DNA from: the human T2T-CHM13v2.0 reference genome, Homo sapiens
Assembly: GCF_009914755.1 (NCBI RefSeq)
Contig: NC_060932.1
DNA: 64,000 nucleotides
Direction: 5' to 3' (one strand)
In this document: piece by piece, positions 1 through 12,845 of the stretch
Layout of the letters: every line of letters begins with the position of its first letter
Numbering within the stretch: position 1 is the first letter of the stretch
Made by a program: the position numbers and the translations under genes
The notes under the pieces: generated by a model
Told to the model about the DNA's origin: nothing
What the model saw: the letters and a program-made list of their open reading frames with translations, nothing else
Databases searched by the model: none

Positions 1-149
1 TACACTAGTAATAGACTTGGCATAATCTAAGGCATGCCTTTTCTGTATCCTATGTATCCTAATACTGGGAGACTTCCAGAATCTTCATTCAGCTCTCAGC
101 TCCCCAGAATACCTTAGAGCCTCACTCTAACAGCTTAATAATCAGTGAA

Positions 150-530
150 AGACTGAAGGAGACCCCCATGCAGATTTCCGGAGTGTCTTCTCTGTTCTGT
201 TCTCTTCTTCTAGTATCCTGCTCTGAAACATTTTGCCATTCTGCCACTCAGCAACCCCAAACTCTTATCTTTCTTTCCTCAGGATTTTTTTTTTCTGACT
301 TGTACTCCAGTTCTCCAGGCCATGGTCTAGAAGTGCTTTTAGATAGAAAGTTGTGTTGATCTTGGGGCTTGCCTCATGTTTCCTTTCTCTCAGGGATCAC
401 AGTCGTGTACCATCTTTTGTTAAAAAGTAGAAAACTGTCAACTCACGTATTTTTAAATTTCTATTGTTGTTTATCATCACTGTGTTGCTCTGGTAAAAGC
501 TAATCCATCATGACTGAAGACAGAAGTCCT
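150..530 (-). mobile_element. Old LINE-1 (L1M-type) 5'-region fragment
   Basis: Resembles recalled ancient L1 5' consensus (cccc-tgcagattt-ggag...tttctctcagggatcacagtc...tccatcatg-ctgaag-cagaagt); heavily diverged. Confidence 0.5.
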
Positions 531-574
531 ACTTGATTTAACTTCTACATTTAGGAGTGCAATCTACTGTATTT

Positions 575-695
575 TTTTCTTAATGTTGTGAGGTAAACAA
601 CAACTTTCATTTTTTCTTATTAATAGCCAGTTAACTCAGCATAATTTATTTAAAAGACAATCCTTCCACATTGAACTACCATAGAACCTTTGCAT
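575..695 (-). mobile_element. Old L1 ORF2-region fragment
   Basis: gtgaggta...tttcattttt...tagccagtt..ctcagcat..tttatt.aaaagac.atcctt matches antisense L1 ORF2 3' part. Confidence 0.55.
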
Positions 696-1108
696 GCTAC
701 CTTTAAAAAAAACTGATACTAAATACTTTAAAATTTAATATCAGTTAAATACAACCTATTGACTTTTACTGTTCTGAGAGAAGATTTTTTTTTGTATATA
801 ATGATAGAAGCCATATTAGGTGATGACACCAATCATAGAACCAAAGCTTAAGAACTTTCCGTTATCTAAGGTTACAATGCAAAGCAATAGCAATATTGGA
901 CTATCAGTGCTTTTAGAATTAACCATTTTATTTTTCCTTTTTTCACAGCTGCTAATTATGAGAATGTAAAATCTTTCATTGGAAATAAATCTAGTTCTTT
1001 CTATAATACTTAGCCCTTTTTGAATGGACAAATTAATAATTATAATACTTTTACGAGTAACAACAAGAACAACAACAAAAAGATTAATTGATCTTATTGT
1101 CTCATTAC

Positions 1109-2023
1109 TGTGGTGACTGATCTTTACAGATGGCCTCTCAATGAACCAGGCCTCTTGATGTTCACACCTCTTTCCTTATAGTATATATTATATACTATAT
1201 ACTATAATATATAGTATATATTGTGTGCTATATACTATAATATATAGTATATATTGTGTGCTATATACTATAATATATAGTATATATTGTATGCTATATA
1301 CTATAATATATAGTATATATTGTATGCTATAAACTATAATATATAGTATATATTGTATGCTATAAACTATAATATATAGTATATATTGTATGCTATAAAC
1401 TATAATATATAGTATATATTGTATGCTATAAACTATAATATATAGTATATATTGTATGCTATATACTATAATATATAGTATATATTTCCTCATAGTATAT
1501 GGGCTTGCCATGTGTAACCAATATGCAGTGAAAGTGACACTACAGAGTTGTGTGTCTGGATTATAAGAGGATTTGCATCTTCCACATTTTATTGGAACAT
1601 GTGCTTTGGGGAAATCCACCCCCCACATTAGAAACCATCTACTCTTGAGACTGTCATATTTTAAGAATTCTCACAGTGCCATATGGAGAGGTTGCATGAA
1701 AAGAGGGTGAGAGGAAGGAGAGAGAGAGAAGGGAAGGGAGGGGCAAGGAGGAGAGAATAGAATACTGGGCTTGGCCATTCCTCAGATGTTCCAGGCATAT
1801 CAGCTGGGGTGGCAGATATATGAGTGAAGGAGCCATGTTGAACATATAGCCCAAGCGAGCCTTCAGCCCCAGCGACCATATGACTGCAGTCACATAAGAA
1901 ATCTAGCAAGAACTGCCTATGTAAGCCCATTCAACTCATGGAAACATGAAATATAATAAGAAACTGTTCTTTTAAGCCACCCAGTTTATGGGTAATTTGT
2001 TGAGCAGCCACAGATAACCAGAC
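1109..2023 (+). mobile_element. MaLR solo LTR (MLT1G/H-like), interrupted by an AT-rich VNTR
   Basis: Starts tgtggt...agatggcc..caatgaa.cagg.ctc.tg.tgttcacacc; ends ttttaagccacccagttt..gggtaatttgtt..gcagc.acagataaccagaca, typical MLT1 termini. Confidence 0.8.
1198..1486. repeat. 33-bp AT-rich minisatellite, about 8.8 copies
   Basis: Unit tatactataatatatagtatatattgtatgcta starting at 1198, 1231, 1264, 1297, 1330, 1363, 1396, 1429, 1462 (partial). Confidence 0.97.
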
Positions 2024-3574
2024 AATTACAGTAATGACTGCTGCAATTGAAATAAGCTGTTAATGTCTAAATGATTGTTGCTTTCAATGAGCTTTTGTCT
2101 ACTCCAAAATGACAGACTCTACAAATTACTTTTACTATTAAAAAGTTGTCATTATTTTAAAAATGTGAAACAACATTTAATTGTGCTCAGTGCTTATCAG
2201 GATGCACTCACATAATTTGAGGGTTGAAATGACCTGCTGTTTTAACTAAAGTTATTGAATATTTTCCCATGATTTTATTGTAGAACTTAAAGACTTGCTT
2301 TTATTGGTAAGTGTAAAACAAATTCCATGGTTTGCCTTGAAGAATCAGATGATTGCTCCTTTTTTAAAAAAGTAATATTTGTATTTCTATTTATGTACAG
2401 ATTTTTAAAATCAATAATATGTTGTTATCTGTGCTTGATTATAACGGAAAAGACCAAATGAAAGTGTTAACTTCTAATTCTACCTATGAAGACTGTTGAT
2501 TCAGGGCTATGGTTGCTATTAATATTTTAAGGATCTATTCCAGCTGGGTACTCACTTGTTTATCCAATGCCTTGTTGATAGAACTATTTTTTTCTGTTCA
2601 AAAGGAGCCCAATTCTATTGATTTTTGTGTGGAAGGTTTGTCTGCCTGCTGAGGATGTTTTCAGGAACCTCTCGGTACTTATGTCATCTATGTTAAAGTT
2701 CTGATTCAGTACGTTCTTACCAGTGTTTCCTATTCTTTCTGCCTTACTCTATAATGTTGTTATCAGATAAGAGCCACTTGAATATTTTTTGTTACCTGTA
2801 TGCCTGATACGTTCTAAACAGCTGAGCAGAATTATTTCTTTCATACTAGTAAAGTAGCTTGGTTGTATAATATTGTTATGGTTTTAAAAAATGTATCAGT
2901 TATTAACAACTCTAAAAAGGAAAATGTGATAAAAATATGGATTTTTCAAGTAATATTCCTAGTACATATATGTATACAAATAGTATATAATAATATGTGA
3001 AACAAAATAAAATTTTGACTTATGTTGTTTATCATTTCTCCCTTTTACTTTTAAATTATGACAGACACTAGTTTAGTAAGCAAACTAGAGTATAGTCCAG
3101 CTAATAGATGCACACTGTTACTGTCAGTTGGGTAGGCTGTTATTTAAGTAGGATAAACTCCTAGGCTGGATTTCAATTGTGGACATATATAATCAGAAAC
3201 CTGAAGATACTTTATTTACTTAGAAATTTAAAATGCCACTCAGTAGCTGAGCAAGTGATCACTCATCCAATGAATAAGTTTTCTAAAAATTTTAAAGAGC
3301 AAAAATAAAGCAATTGACAGCACTCATCTATTTTCTGTTGGAAAACACACAACTTCATTCAAAATAGTAAATAGAAAGTCATGCAGGATGTGGTTCAGAC
3401 GAGATGAAAAGCAATCTCTGAGAGACTATTTACAGTTACTTTTTAAAAAACAATGGTATTGTTGTGGATCAAATACTAAACTTGGGTGTCAAATAACCTG
3501 TGGTTTATTACTGGATTCTCCATTCATGCTTGCATTTATATAGAATTATTCACCCCGTAAGTCTTATGAATTAT

Positions 3575-3740
3575 TAACCTGGAATCCTCTTCATTACGTC
3601 CACCAGAGATAGATGGGATTTATTATTCTCCACATTGTACAGGTGAGGAAAGTTGAAGCAGGGAAGGAGGGTTACTTTTCATAGTCACACAACAATAATA
3701 CAGCCAAGAAGAGTTCACTAAGTCTCCTGATTCAAATACT
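3575..3740 (-). mobile_element. MIR SINE
   Basis: ttattattctccacattgtacaggtgaggaaagttgaagca...gtcacaca...gtctcctgattcaaa is the antisense MIR core. Confidence 0.7.
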
Positions 3741-4044
3741 GAACATGAACAAATTCAGACTTAAAGTTAAAGCAATATTTAATAAATACTTAGAAATCAA
3801 TCAGTGAATAGCCCCAGTGAGCAGAGCAATCCATGTACTTACTATTCTTACCTCTCTACTTTTGGTTGCTAACTAGAGTCCCCAAAGCATATCTTTTGTA
3901 GTTTACTTACTGATTCCAGGAAGGAGACTATTAGAGATGGTCCAGAGTCTCCATGTTCAAGTCATGCTTGTGTACATCTTCTTGTCATCTTTTGGTGCCC
4001 TCCTATTTCCTGTTATCCACCATGGAGTTTTATTTTTATCTTAC

Positions 4045-5468
4045 TTGTTTTTAATTTTTAATTTTTGTGAGTGCATAGCAGGTGTATATATTTATGGGGT
4101 AAATGAGATATTTTAATGCAGGCAGGCAACGTGTAACAGTCACATCAGGGTAAATGTTGTGTCCATCACCTCAAGCGTTTATCCTTTCTTTGTGTTACAA
4201 GTAATCCAGTTTTACTCTTTTAATTATTTTTAAATCACAATTAAATTATTATTGACTATAGTCATCATGTTGTGCTATCAAATACTAGATCTTATTCAAG
4301 TTTTTGAACTATCTGTTTTTACACATTAACCATTTTCACTTTTCCCCTACTGCCGCCCCCCCTCAACTATCCTTGCCAAACTCTGGTAAGCATCATTCTA
4401 CTCTCTATCTCCATGAGTTTTAATTTTTAGCATGCACAAATAAATGAGAACATGCAAAGTTTGTCTTTCTATGCCTGGCTTATTTCACTTAACATAATGA
4501 CCACCAGTTCCATCCATGTTTCAAATGACAAGATCTCATTAAAAATATCTTTATTTTTTATGGCTGAATAGTACTCCATTTGTATATGTACCACATTTTC
4601 TTTATCCATCATATTTCTGTTGATGGACACTTACATTGTTTCCAAATCTCAACTACTGTGAATAGTTCTGTAATACACATGGGGGTACAGATGTCTCTTC
4701 CATGTAATGATTTTCTTTCTTTTGGTGTGGGATTGCTGGATCATATGATAGCTCTATTTTTAGTTTTTTGAGGAACCTCCATACTGTTCTCCACAGTGGG
4801 TATACTAATTTACATTCCCACCAACAGGGGATTCTCTTTTCTCCACATCCTCTCCAGCATTTGTTATTGACTGTCTTTTGGATAAAAGCCATTTTAACTG
4901 GGGTGAGATGATATCCTCATTGTAGTTTTGATTGGCATTGCTCTGTTAATCAATGATTTGAGTACCTTTTCATATATCTGTTTGCCATTCGTATGTTTTC
5001 TTTTGAGGAATGTCTATTCAGATCTTTGGCACATTTTAAAATCAGATAATTAGATTTTTTTTCCTATAGAGTTAGTTGTCTGAGTTCCTTATATATTCTG
5101 GTTATTAATCCCTTATCAGATAAATAGCTTATATATATTTTATTCCATTCGTTGGGTTGTCTCTTCACTTTGTTGATTGTTTCCTTTTGTGCAGAAGCTT
5201 TTTTAGTTGATGTGATCCCATGTGTCCATTTTTGCTTTGGTTGCCTGTGCTTGTGGGATATTATTCAAGAAATCTTTGCCCACTCCAACTTCTTGGAGAG
5301 TTTTCCAAAATGTTTTCTTGTAGTGGTTTTGTAGTTTGAGGTCTTAGACTTAAATCTTTAATTCATCTTGATTTGATTTTGGTATCTGGCAAAAGACAGT
5401 GTTCTAATTCCATTCTTCTGCATATGGATATTCAATTTTCCCAAACACCATATATTGAAGAGACTGTC
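4045..5468 (-). mobile_element. LINE-1 (L1MA2-4-like) 3' end, 5'-truncated, about 1.4 kb
   Basis: Antisense L1MA 3'UTR (ggtgtatatatttatggggta.atgagatatttt...); ORF 4653-4892 reads as L1 ORF2 C-terminus ([42 protein letters not shown]). Confidence 0.93.
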
Positions 5469-7019
5469 ACGGTGTCTTATTTCCTAGCACTTCTGGGATT
5501 AAGAAGGTGTAGTGAAGCATCATTTCCACTTTGCTCCATACATTCAGAACCTTGAGGCCAAAGTTATTATCCTTCTTTCGTGGTCAACAATAAGATTTTT
5601 CAGTGGTTTTATCTTTTTTTCATTACTCAGATTCCCAGTAAAGTAAAACATTTGCAGGTGCAATGCTTTTATGCTGCTGCCAATAGGTAATGGGAACCAG
5701 GAGGCGATTTCATCCTCAGGCACTCAGTGGAATGTATACCTTGTGGTTGGCTGATACTAATCAATGAAGCTTTAGTTTCAATGTGACACAGTTGTTTCAG
5801 AATTCACCTTGGGTTTAATGTTCCTGGAGCTTTATCCAAATATCTGACATTCTATCTAGGTACTTCTATAGGTAGGCATATTGAAAAAAAAGTTTGTCAA
5901 CTAGAGTTTTTTGGACAACTGAATAGGAAAAATGCCTAGTTCTGTTTATTTGCTTAATTTGATTGCCTTAAGACAGAAACATCTTTTTGGATTTAAAAAA
6001 GGGCAAAATGAACCCAAAGTATTTAATCGACTACAATAACCTTATTGTAGGCAGCAGTGTCTCTGGTCAAGGAAAACTCTAGCTGATGTAGAATTTGCAT
6101 TTTGGATCTTTGCATGAGTCATTGTGAGTAAGCAAGGTGAAAAAATACATAATAGAAAATTAAAATCTTGATTTGCAGTACTTTCCAGTAGTGACTGAAA
6201 ATTCCTTGGTCTGTAATATTTTAAAAAGTTAAGATTTATTTAAATAATTTTATGAAGAATTTACATTCACTGTGATAGTTAAAACTATCTCAAGTTATTA
6301 TTTGTAATTTTCATATATTTTGGTGTAGACTTCTAATCTTAGTAAGGAGGAACCCATTAAATGGCTTAAAGGTTTGTGCCTTGATTTCTAAACTGTTGGT
6401 AGTTATGTGACTCAATAGCCCATAGATCAGACTTTCAACGTCTGAATTATTTACTTAAAAAGACTGGCTAGACTTGCTCATGGATTTTTCTCTCATTAGC
6501 ATGCAGTTCTAGTGTCCTTGAAGAGAATAATGATAATAATAATAATGAAAGGAGAACAAAAAAGGGAGGACACATTTCTTGAAATGGCCTCCTGGCTTTC
6601 TACTGTAGACTTTTTCTTAGTTTCTAAAGGCGGATTGATTAGCAATAGAAGAATATTAGTAATTTGTGTATTTATGATGTGAAATTTCTAAGTGGAGTAT
6701 CCTAGCTATGCTTTGGGAAGAATAAGACCTGAGAATGGGTTCTAATACCACTCCCTTCTTCTGAAGCATGTTTTATGACTCATTTATAAAGCTCTGGGGA
6801 TGGGCAAGGGGGTTGAGTAGTGACTGATTTTCTTGTCTGTTGCCATGTCATGGTGGCCAGAGTGGCAGAAATGTATGCTGTAGAGCCACAATGCAGAAAA
6901 GGACTTCTAAGTTCTTTCTTAAAACACCTCTTTTTTCTTATCATTCTCTTTCTTTCATACCTATCGTAATCACCCTTCAGTGCTTGTTGAATAAAATTCT
7001 GTAACCTGGCATTGATACA

Positions 7020-7265
7020 ATGTGATATAGTCAAATGAGAGTTTATCACTTTGAAGTCCCCTTTGTGGTCATATAATGGTTTGATCACTTATAACTGAGC
7101 AATCTAGGATAATTGCTTACCCCTCTGCATCTCATTTTGCTCATCGTTAAAATGGAAACTATAATATTAAGTAGGATCGTCATGAAGATTAGATGAGATA
7201 ATATGTGCCAAGTACATGTCATGCTGCCTGACATATAATAGGTCTTTAATAATGGTAGCTACTTT
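7020..7265 (+). mobile_element. MIR SINE
   Basis: cttacccctctgcatctcattttgctcatcgttaaaatgg...gaagattagatgagataatatgtg...gcctgacatataataggt. Confidence 0.8.
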
Positions 7266-7658
7266 GGGGCATTGTTATTGCTATTACTATTAATATTGTA
7301 ACAGGGATGTTGAATAAGGAAAATTCATGGGATTTAATCAGAAAATATAGTTGCTTTCCATTGTCCCCTTGGAATATGCTTACTGGTGGAACTGCTTCAG
7401 CCTCTTTTTGAAATGTAGACAGTACCATTAATTTTCCAGTCATTATTAGTAATTACAAAGTGTTATGTTCACTCCAAGTCACATAATATTAATTTAAAAC
7501 TGTATAGATCATGAAGTAATCACCTTGTTAAATATTTTCTTCTCCTTCCAGCTGGAACATGCTGCAGATGAGAAATCTGGTTTATGAAGAGGGCAAGTAG
7601 AAGGATGCTCTCCTTAGAAATTTCACATAATAAATGCACACATAAAAATACTCTTCTA

Positions 7659-7921
7659 GGCCAGGCGGGGTGGTTCATGCCTGTAATCCCAGCACTTTGG
7701 GAGGCTGAGGCGGGTGGATCACCTGAGGTCAGGAGTTCGAGACCAGCCTGGCTAACATGGTAAACCCTGTTTCTACTAAAAATACAAAAAATTAGCTGGA
7801 CATGGTGGCGTGCAACTGTAATCCCAGTTACTCACGAGGCTGAGGCAGGAGAATCGCTTGAACCTGGGAGGCGGAGGTTGCAGTAAGCCAAGATCACACC
7901 ATTGCACTCCAGCTTGGGCAA
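7659..7921 (+). mobile_element. AluS (Sq/Sx-like), lacking its 3' end and poly-A tail
   Basis: ggccaggcg...ggatcacctgaggtcaggagttcgagaccagcctgg...ccattgcactccagcttgggcaa, then abrupt non-Alu sequence. Confidence 0.96.
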
Positions 7922-10687
7922 TCAATCCACTTTTAGAATTAAGCTAAGAAAGAATCCACAACAGAAAACCCAGAACGGTTTCTTCTCCCTGTCCTCCTCT
8001 ATCTTTCTAATCGAGGTTATCCCTATTGGTTGAAGGTGGGAAAAGAGCAGGAAAGGTCTTATACGCTGGTACTGTTGGAAAGTGACTTTCTGTATCCCAC
8101 TGAAAAGATGTCAACCTGGTGCCTCCTCTTGTGTGGTTTGTAAAAGTCTCTCACTGAGAATATTTGAGCTTACTTTGTATGACAAGGACAACATATTTTC
8201 TTCCAGCTGCTTCTCTCTAAATTGCTCTTGTTCTTCCATGTCCCCCGCCCCATTTTCCCAAGAGGTCTTCTAGGGAAGAATTTAAAGTGGTTTCAGGCTA
8301 GCTCTTTCTCCTATGTGGCATTCTTTTGCCCTGAAAAATGATGGGACTCCAGGCAGATGTCAATGAATGTGCTATTTCCCTTTCTCTGCTTCTCAAGCCG
8401 CCAGGGAGCCCATCGCTGCTTCTGAAAATTTCCAAGCAGGAGTCCAATGCCGGCCACCTTGTGCCCTGCTCCTGGAGACATGTAAGACCCTCTCTGAGTG
8501 CTCCTGCTGAAGCTCTTCTCACTAGGCTTGTAGTGGAGCAGCCTGTACCCCACCAGTCACTGGCTTCCTCCAAAGACAGCCTTCTCACAGATTTTCTCCT
8601 CATCTGCTTTCTCTGCACGCTGCTATATCGTCTTTGTGGCTGAGGGATCTTCAAAACCACCAAACAAGTTTTTTGGTCATTTATTTGAAAATTTGCATTT
8701 TTGTGGGATATCTTGTGTTAGGTTTCTTTTCTACTGTATGTTGCTGCCCAGTGAAAACATTCAATATTATGTCATCTTTGAGACCTATCTTTTAGAACTC
8801 TTCTAAAGTCTGCTGTGGTCAGTTTACTGTCTTCCTCTTAGTTCTACATTGAGATTTTCTCCTCCATGTCTTGGCTTTGGCTGATCCCTCTCTCCTGATT
8901 TTCTAAACACTTTCTCTCTCTCTCTCTTCCTTGCCCCCAAATTATTATATTTCTCTGTTCAACCCATAAGTTCTTGGGTAACTTAGTTTAGAAAATGAGT
9001 TCACATCAGAGTGTTAAAGTTCCTAGGTAACATTTACTTTAACTCAAAAGAGTGAGCAATGTGGGAATTACAAGTGCCTTGGAAGAAACAGTGGAAAACA
9101 CTTCAAACTCTTCAGACCACACCAGTCAGCTGCCTCTTCAGCTTGTGCCAAAGGCTGGCTTTGCCAATACCCTGACTACATGAGGCTACATCAAGAATAA
9201 CTTTTCTTTCCCTGTAGGCCTAGTTCTAATACTCCAAGACAAACCACAATTAGAATGAATGCTACTGGTCTTCTATCAATCATTGTTACATTTGTTGAAA
9301 TAATCCCTATCTAACTGGATGTCACAATCCTACAGCTTTAGAGTTGGGTTAAGGTTGAATAATATGTGATCTTATTATTTTTACTTGGAGAATGAGAAAA
9401 GAGGCTTCAACTGGTTGAATCAGTAGCAGAAAATGGAAGTTATCTTCTTTTACTCGTAAATGAGAGAGGGAGACGGAGTGAGTATTTTGTACCTTTTAAC
9501 AAGAAAGTGCGTTGTAATGAGAAATGAGGGCTACAAGAAACTTGAAGTCAAATATATTTCTTTAACTTTGAAATAACTTGAATAGTAAAGGATATTTCAT
9601 CTATTTTTGATGACATGTTGTGAACAAAGGGAATCAAAGTGCAGAGCTGAAGCCTAGTAATTTTTAGTACTTATTTTGATAAAATATATTTAGACTTTTG
9701 AATATAATTGTTCTGTAAGTTCATAGCTTGCATATATGGCTTAGTATATGAAAACAAATTCACTGAGAAATTAAATTTTACAGTTTATAATCAAATAAAA
9801 AAGTTTATAATAAAATAATACATTTTAAGAAATTCAACATTTGTTCATATCCCGAATTTCACTAAGGTTGAAGCATGAAATGCTATCGAGTGAATTTAGG
9901 ACCATTCAAAATCTGTCTATTTAATAACAAACAAGTATTTTTGAGAGGTCATTAGTGTTGCTTTGGAGATAAAAAGGGAAAAAATATATTAAATGCCTAG
10001 AGACAGATACTTTCCAATTTCTATTTTCTTTTCCTTTCATTTCAAACTTTTTTTTCCCTATGACAAAAGTCTTCCACCATCAAGTCTTCTTGATTAGATC
10101 CTACTAGATCAGGTTAATCTGTTTTATAATTAATAATTTCTGTTGTTCCAACATGTGATACCATAAGCACTAGCTATTGTCTGGAGCAGGGAAAAAAATG
10201 AGGTATAAAATAAACACATTCCTATTAGCAAATGAGAGCTGCAGGAAACTTGAAGCCCTCGTTTTGTATCTGGAAATGGATCTGGGTCACTGACATAATA
10301 TTCAGAACTCCGAATTTCAAACATAAGCTGTGAAATTAAAAAGGGTGTTTTTAAATCTATGTGGCTCAGATAGCAGTAATTTGGAAAGGACCAACAAATA
10401 CAAATCTGTGTGGGTGTGTGTGTGTTTGAAAACGAAAATAAAGAAAAAGAACAAGAACAAAGCAAATCTCAGTGGTATATCAACTGGTACAATGAGTAAC
10501 TAAGGAAGGCTATAAAAGTTACTAAGCAAGTCATTCAATCATAGACTCTGGGAGAGAGAAGGGCTCTCAAGTGGTCATATAATCTAGTTCTTTGCCCTGG
10601 AGAAATAGGATATTTCAGCCTCTTTCAATTCTAGCCCCCCAGCTTCTCTTAAAGATTTTAAAATGGATTATACATTTTTTAGGTTGA

Positions 10688-10870
10688 CAACAATTTATTG
10701 AGTTCCTACTATGTGGCAAAGACTAAAGATAGGAGCAGGGTCACAGAGATTAATTATATACGTCCTCTTATCTGAAGAAGTTTAGACCAAATGAGAAGAC
10801 CAACACACAGGCAGATAATTACGGCCAAATAATATGAGTAGCTTGGTCAAGTATGCAGTAAGTGCTGGGA
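10688..10870 (-). mobile_element. L2 3' end
   Basis: caacaatttattgagttcctactatgtggcaaa is the antisense L2 terminus. Confidence 0.65.
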
Positions 10871-11249
10871 GAAAAAATTCTTTCAGTGTCATTTAAGCTT
10901 ATGACTTCTTATTCTGTGTTCTAGTAAAAAAAAAAAAAAGGAAAAATTTCTATCAAATGGCAAGAAGGGAGAGAATGTAGTAGCTGGGTCTGGTACATTT
11001 GCAGAATATCTATTTGGATATTTGAATGATTTCTAAGAAAAAACAATTGACCTAAAGGAAAAGGGAAGAAACAAAGATAAGTAGGTGAGAAAGAAAATAG
11101 TTGACCAGTAAAGAATAAAGCTCTTCTCTTTTTTTGTATTTCTTAATTAAAGCTTAGTATAAATATAGAAAAGTGCCCCAATAAGATCTATAAATTTTAA
11201 CAAAGTAAGACACTCCGGTAACCACCTAAAATAAGAAATAGAACATCTT

Positions 11250-11576
<327 letters not shown>

Positions 11577-12070
11577 TCACAGCTTTCTTTCTTCTTCCTC
11601 CCAGTTATCACACACCCTCAAATGTAACCGCTCTTTGACTTCTAGCTCCAAAGATTAGTTTTGCCTGCTTTTGGACTTTATGTAAGTTGAGTCATGTATT
11701 CTTTTCTGTCTAGTCTCTTTCATTTCACAATATATCTATCATTCATCTATATCATTTTGGATAACAGTAGTCCGAATATATGACTATATCACAAATTATT
11801 TTTTCATACTAAATAAATTTGGGTTGTTTCTATCTCTAGGCTATTACACGTAATATTTTATAAATATCCTAGTATGTTGTTTGGTACATATATGTAAGCA
11901 TTTATTTTGGCTTTAATCTGAGTAGAATAATGGGCCATAAGTAATGCTTTAATGGGTACCCTCAGTAAGTTTTCTAACGTGTTTCTACCAATTTCCAGTT
12001 GCTCCACATTCTTGGTAACAGTGTTGTCAGTCCTTTTTATTGTAGCTGTTCTTGTGGGTGTGTAGTGGTA

Positions 12071-12118
12071 GCTCACTGGTATTAATTTGCGCTTACTGGT
12101 ATTAATTTGCGCTCACTG
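12071..12118. repeat. 20-bp tandem duplication, 2.4 copies
   Basis: gctcactggtattaatttgc / gcttactggtattaatttgc / gctcactg. Confidence 0.9.
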
Positions 12119-12539
12119 AAAATTATGAGTTGATTACCTTTTCATATGCATACTGGCAATTTACATATCCTCTTTTGTGAAGTGCTTTTCAAGTCTTTTG
12201 TCTCTCTTTTAAAAAGTTATCATCTATCAGTTCTTATTGTAAGAGTTATGTATCGAATCCAAGTCCTATTTCTTGCGTATATATTGTAAATACTTCATCC
12301 TATTCTATATGTTGCATTTTCACCTTTTAATTTTTTTAAATAAAAATAGGATTTTAATTTGAATGCAGCTCAGTTTATTAAGCTCTTCCTAGGATTAGTG
12401 CTTGTCATGGTTAGTGCCCCATTTCAGAAACCTTTGCTCACTCCAAGGTCATGAAGATTTTTTTGTATGTTTTTCTCTAAAAGCTTTATTATTTGACCTT
12501 TCGCGTTTGGGCCTAGGATCCACTGATCCATCTGATTTC

Positions 12540-12845
12540 TTCTTTATTTTTTTTAGTGATAGGTTCTCACTCTGATTCCCAGACTATAGCGTAGTAGCCT
12601 GATCATAGCTCAGGAACTTTTGGGCAGCCTTGAACTTATGGGCTCAAAAGATTCTCTTGCTTTAGCCTCTAGAGTAGCTGGGATTACAACTGACTGCTAC
12701 CCAGGCCAGCTAATTAAAAACAAATGTTAGAGATGAGGGTCTTGCTATGTTGTCCAGGCTGGTCTTGGACTCCTGGCTTCAAGATATCCTCTTGCCTCAC
12801 CTCCCGAGTAGCTGGGATTATGGGCACAAGCTACTACACCCAGTT
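12540..12845 (-). mobile_element. AluJ, diverged
   Basis: Antisense dimeric Alu: gatcatagctca..gcagccttgaac...gggctcaa; gggtcttgctatgttg.ccaggctggtctt. Confidence 0.9.

Noticed and set aside
1188-1628. 146-aa ORF with (YSIQYILYIIV)n, and CRISPR-like look of a palindromic 33-bp repeat
   Set aside because: Units are head-to-tail with no unique spacers and no cas genes, in primate DNA; the ORF is a by-product of a period divisible by three.
4580-5555. ORFs with recognisable protein text (CWWECKLV…)
   Set aside because: Broken L1 ORF2 C-terminus and antisense L1 frames, not a host gene.
7530-7600. Strong acceptor ttttcttctccttccag followed by a possible GC donor
   Set aside because: Only about 40 nt, non-canonical donor, no supporting frame or partner exon.
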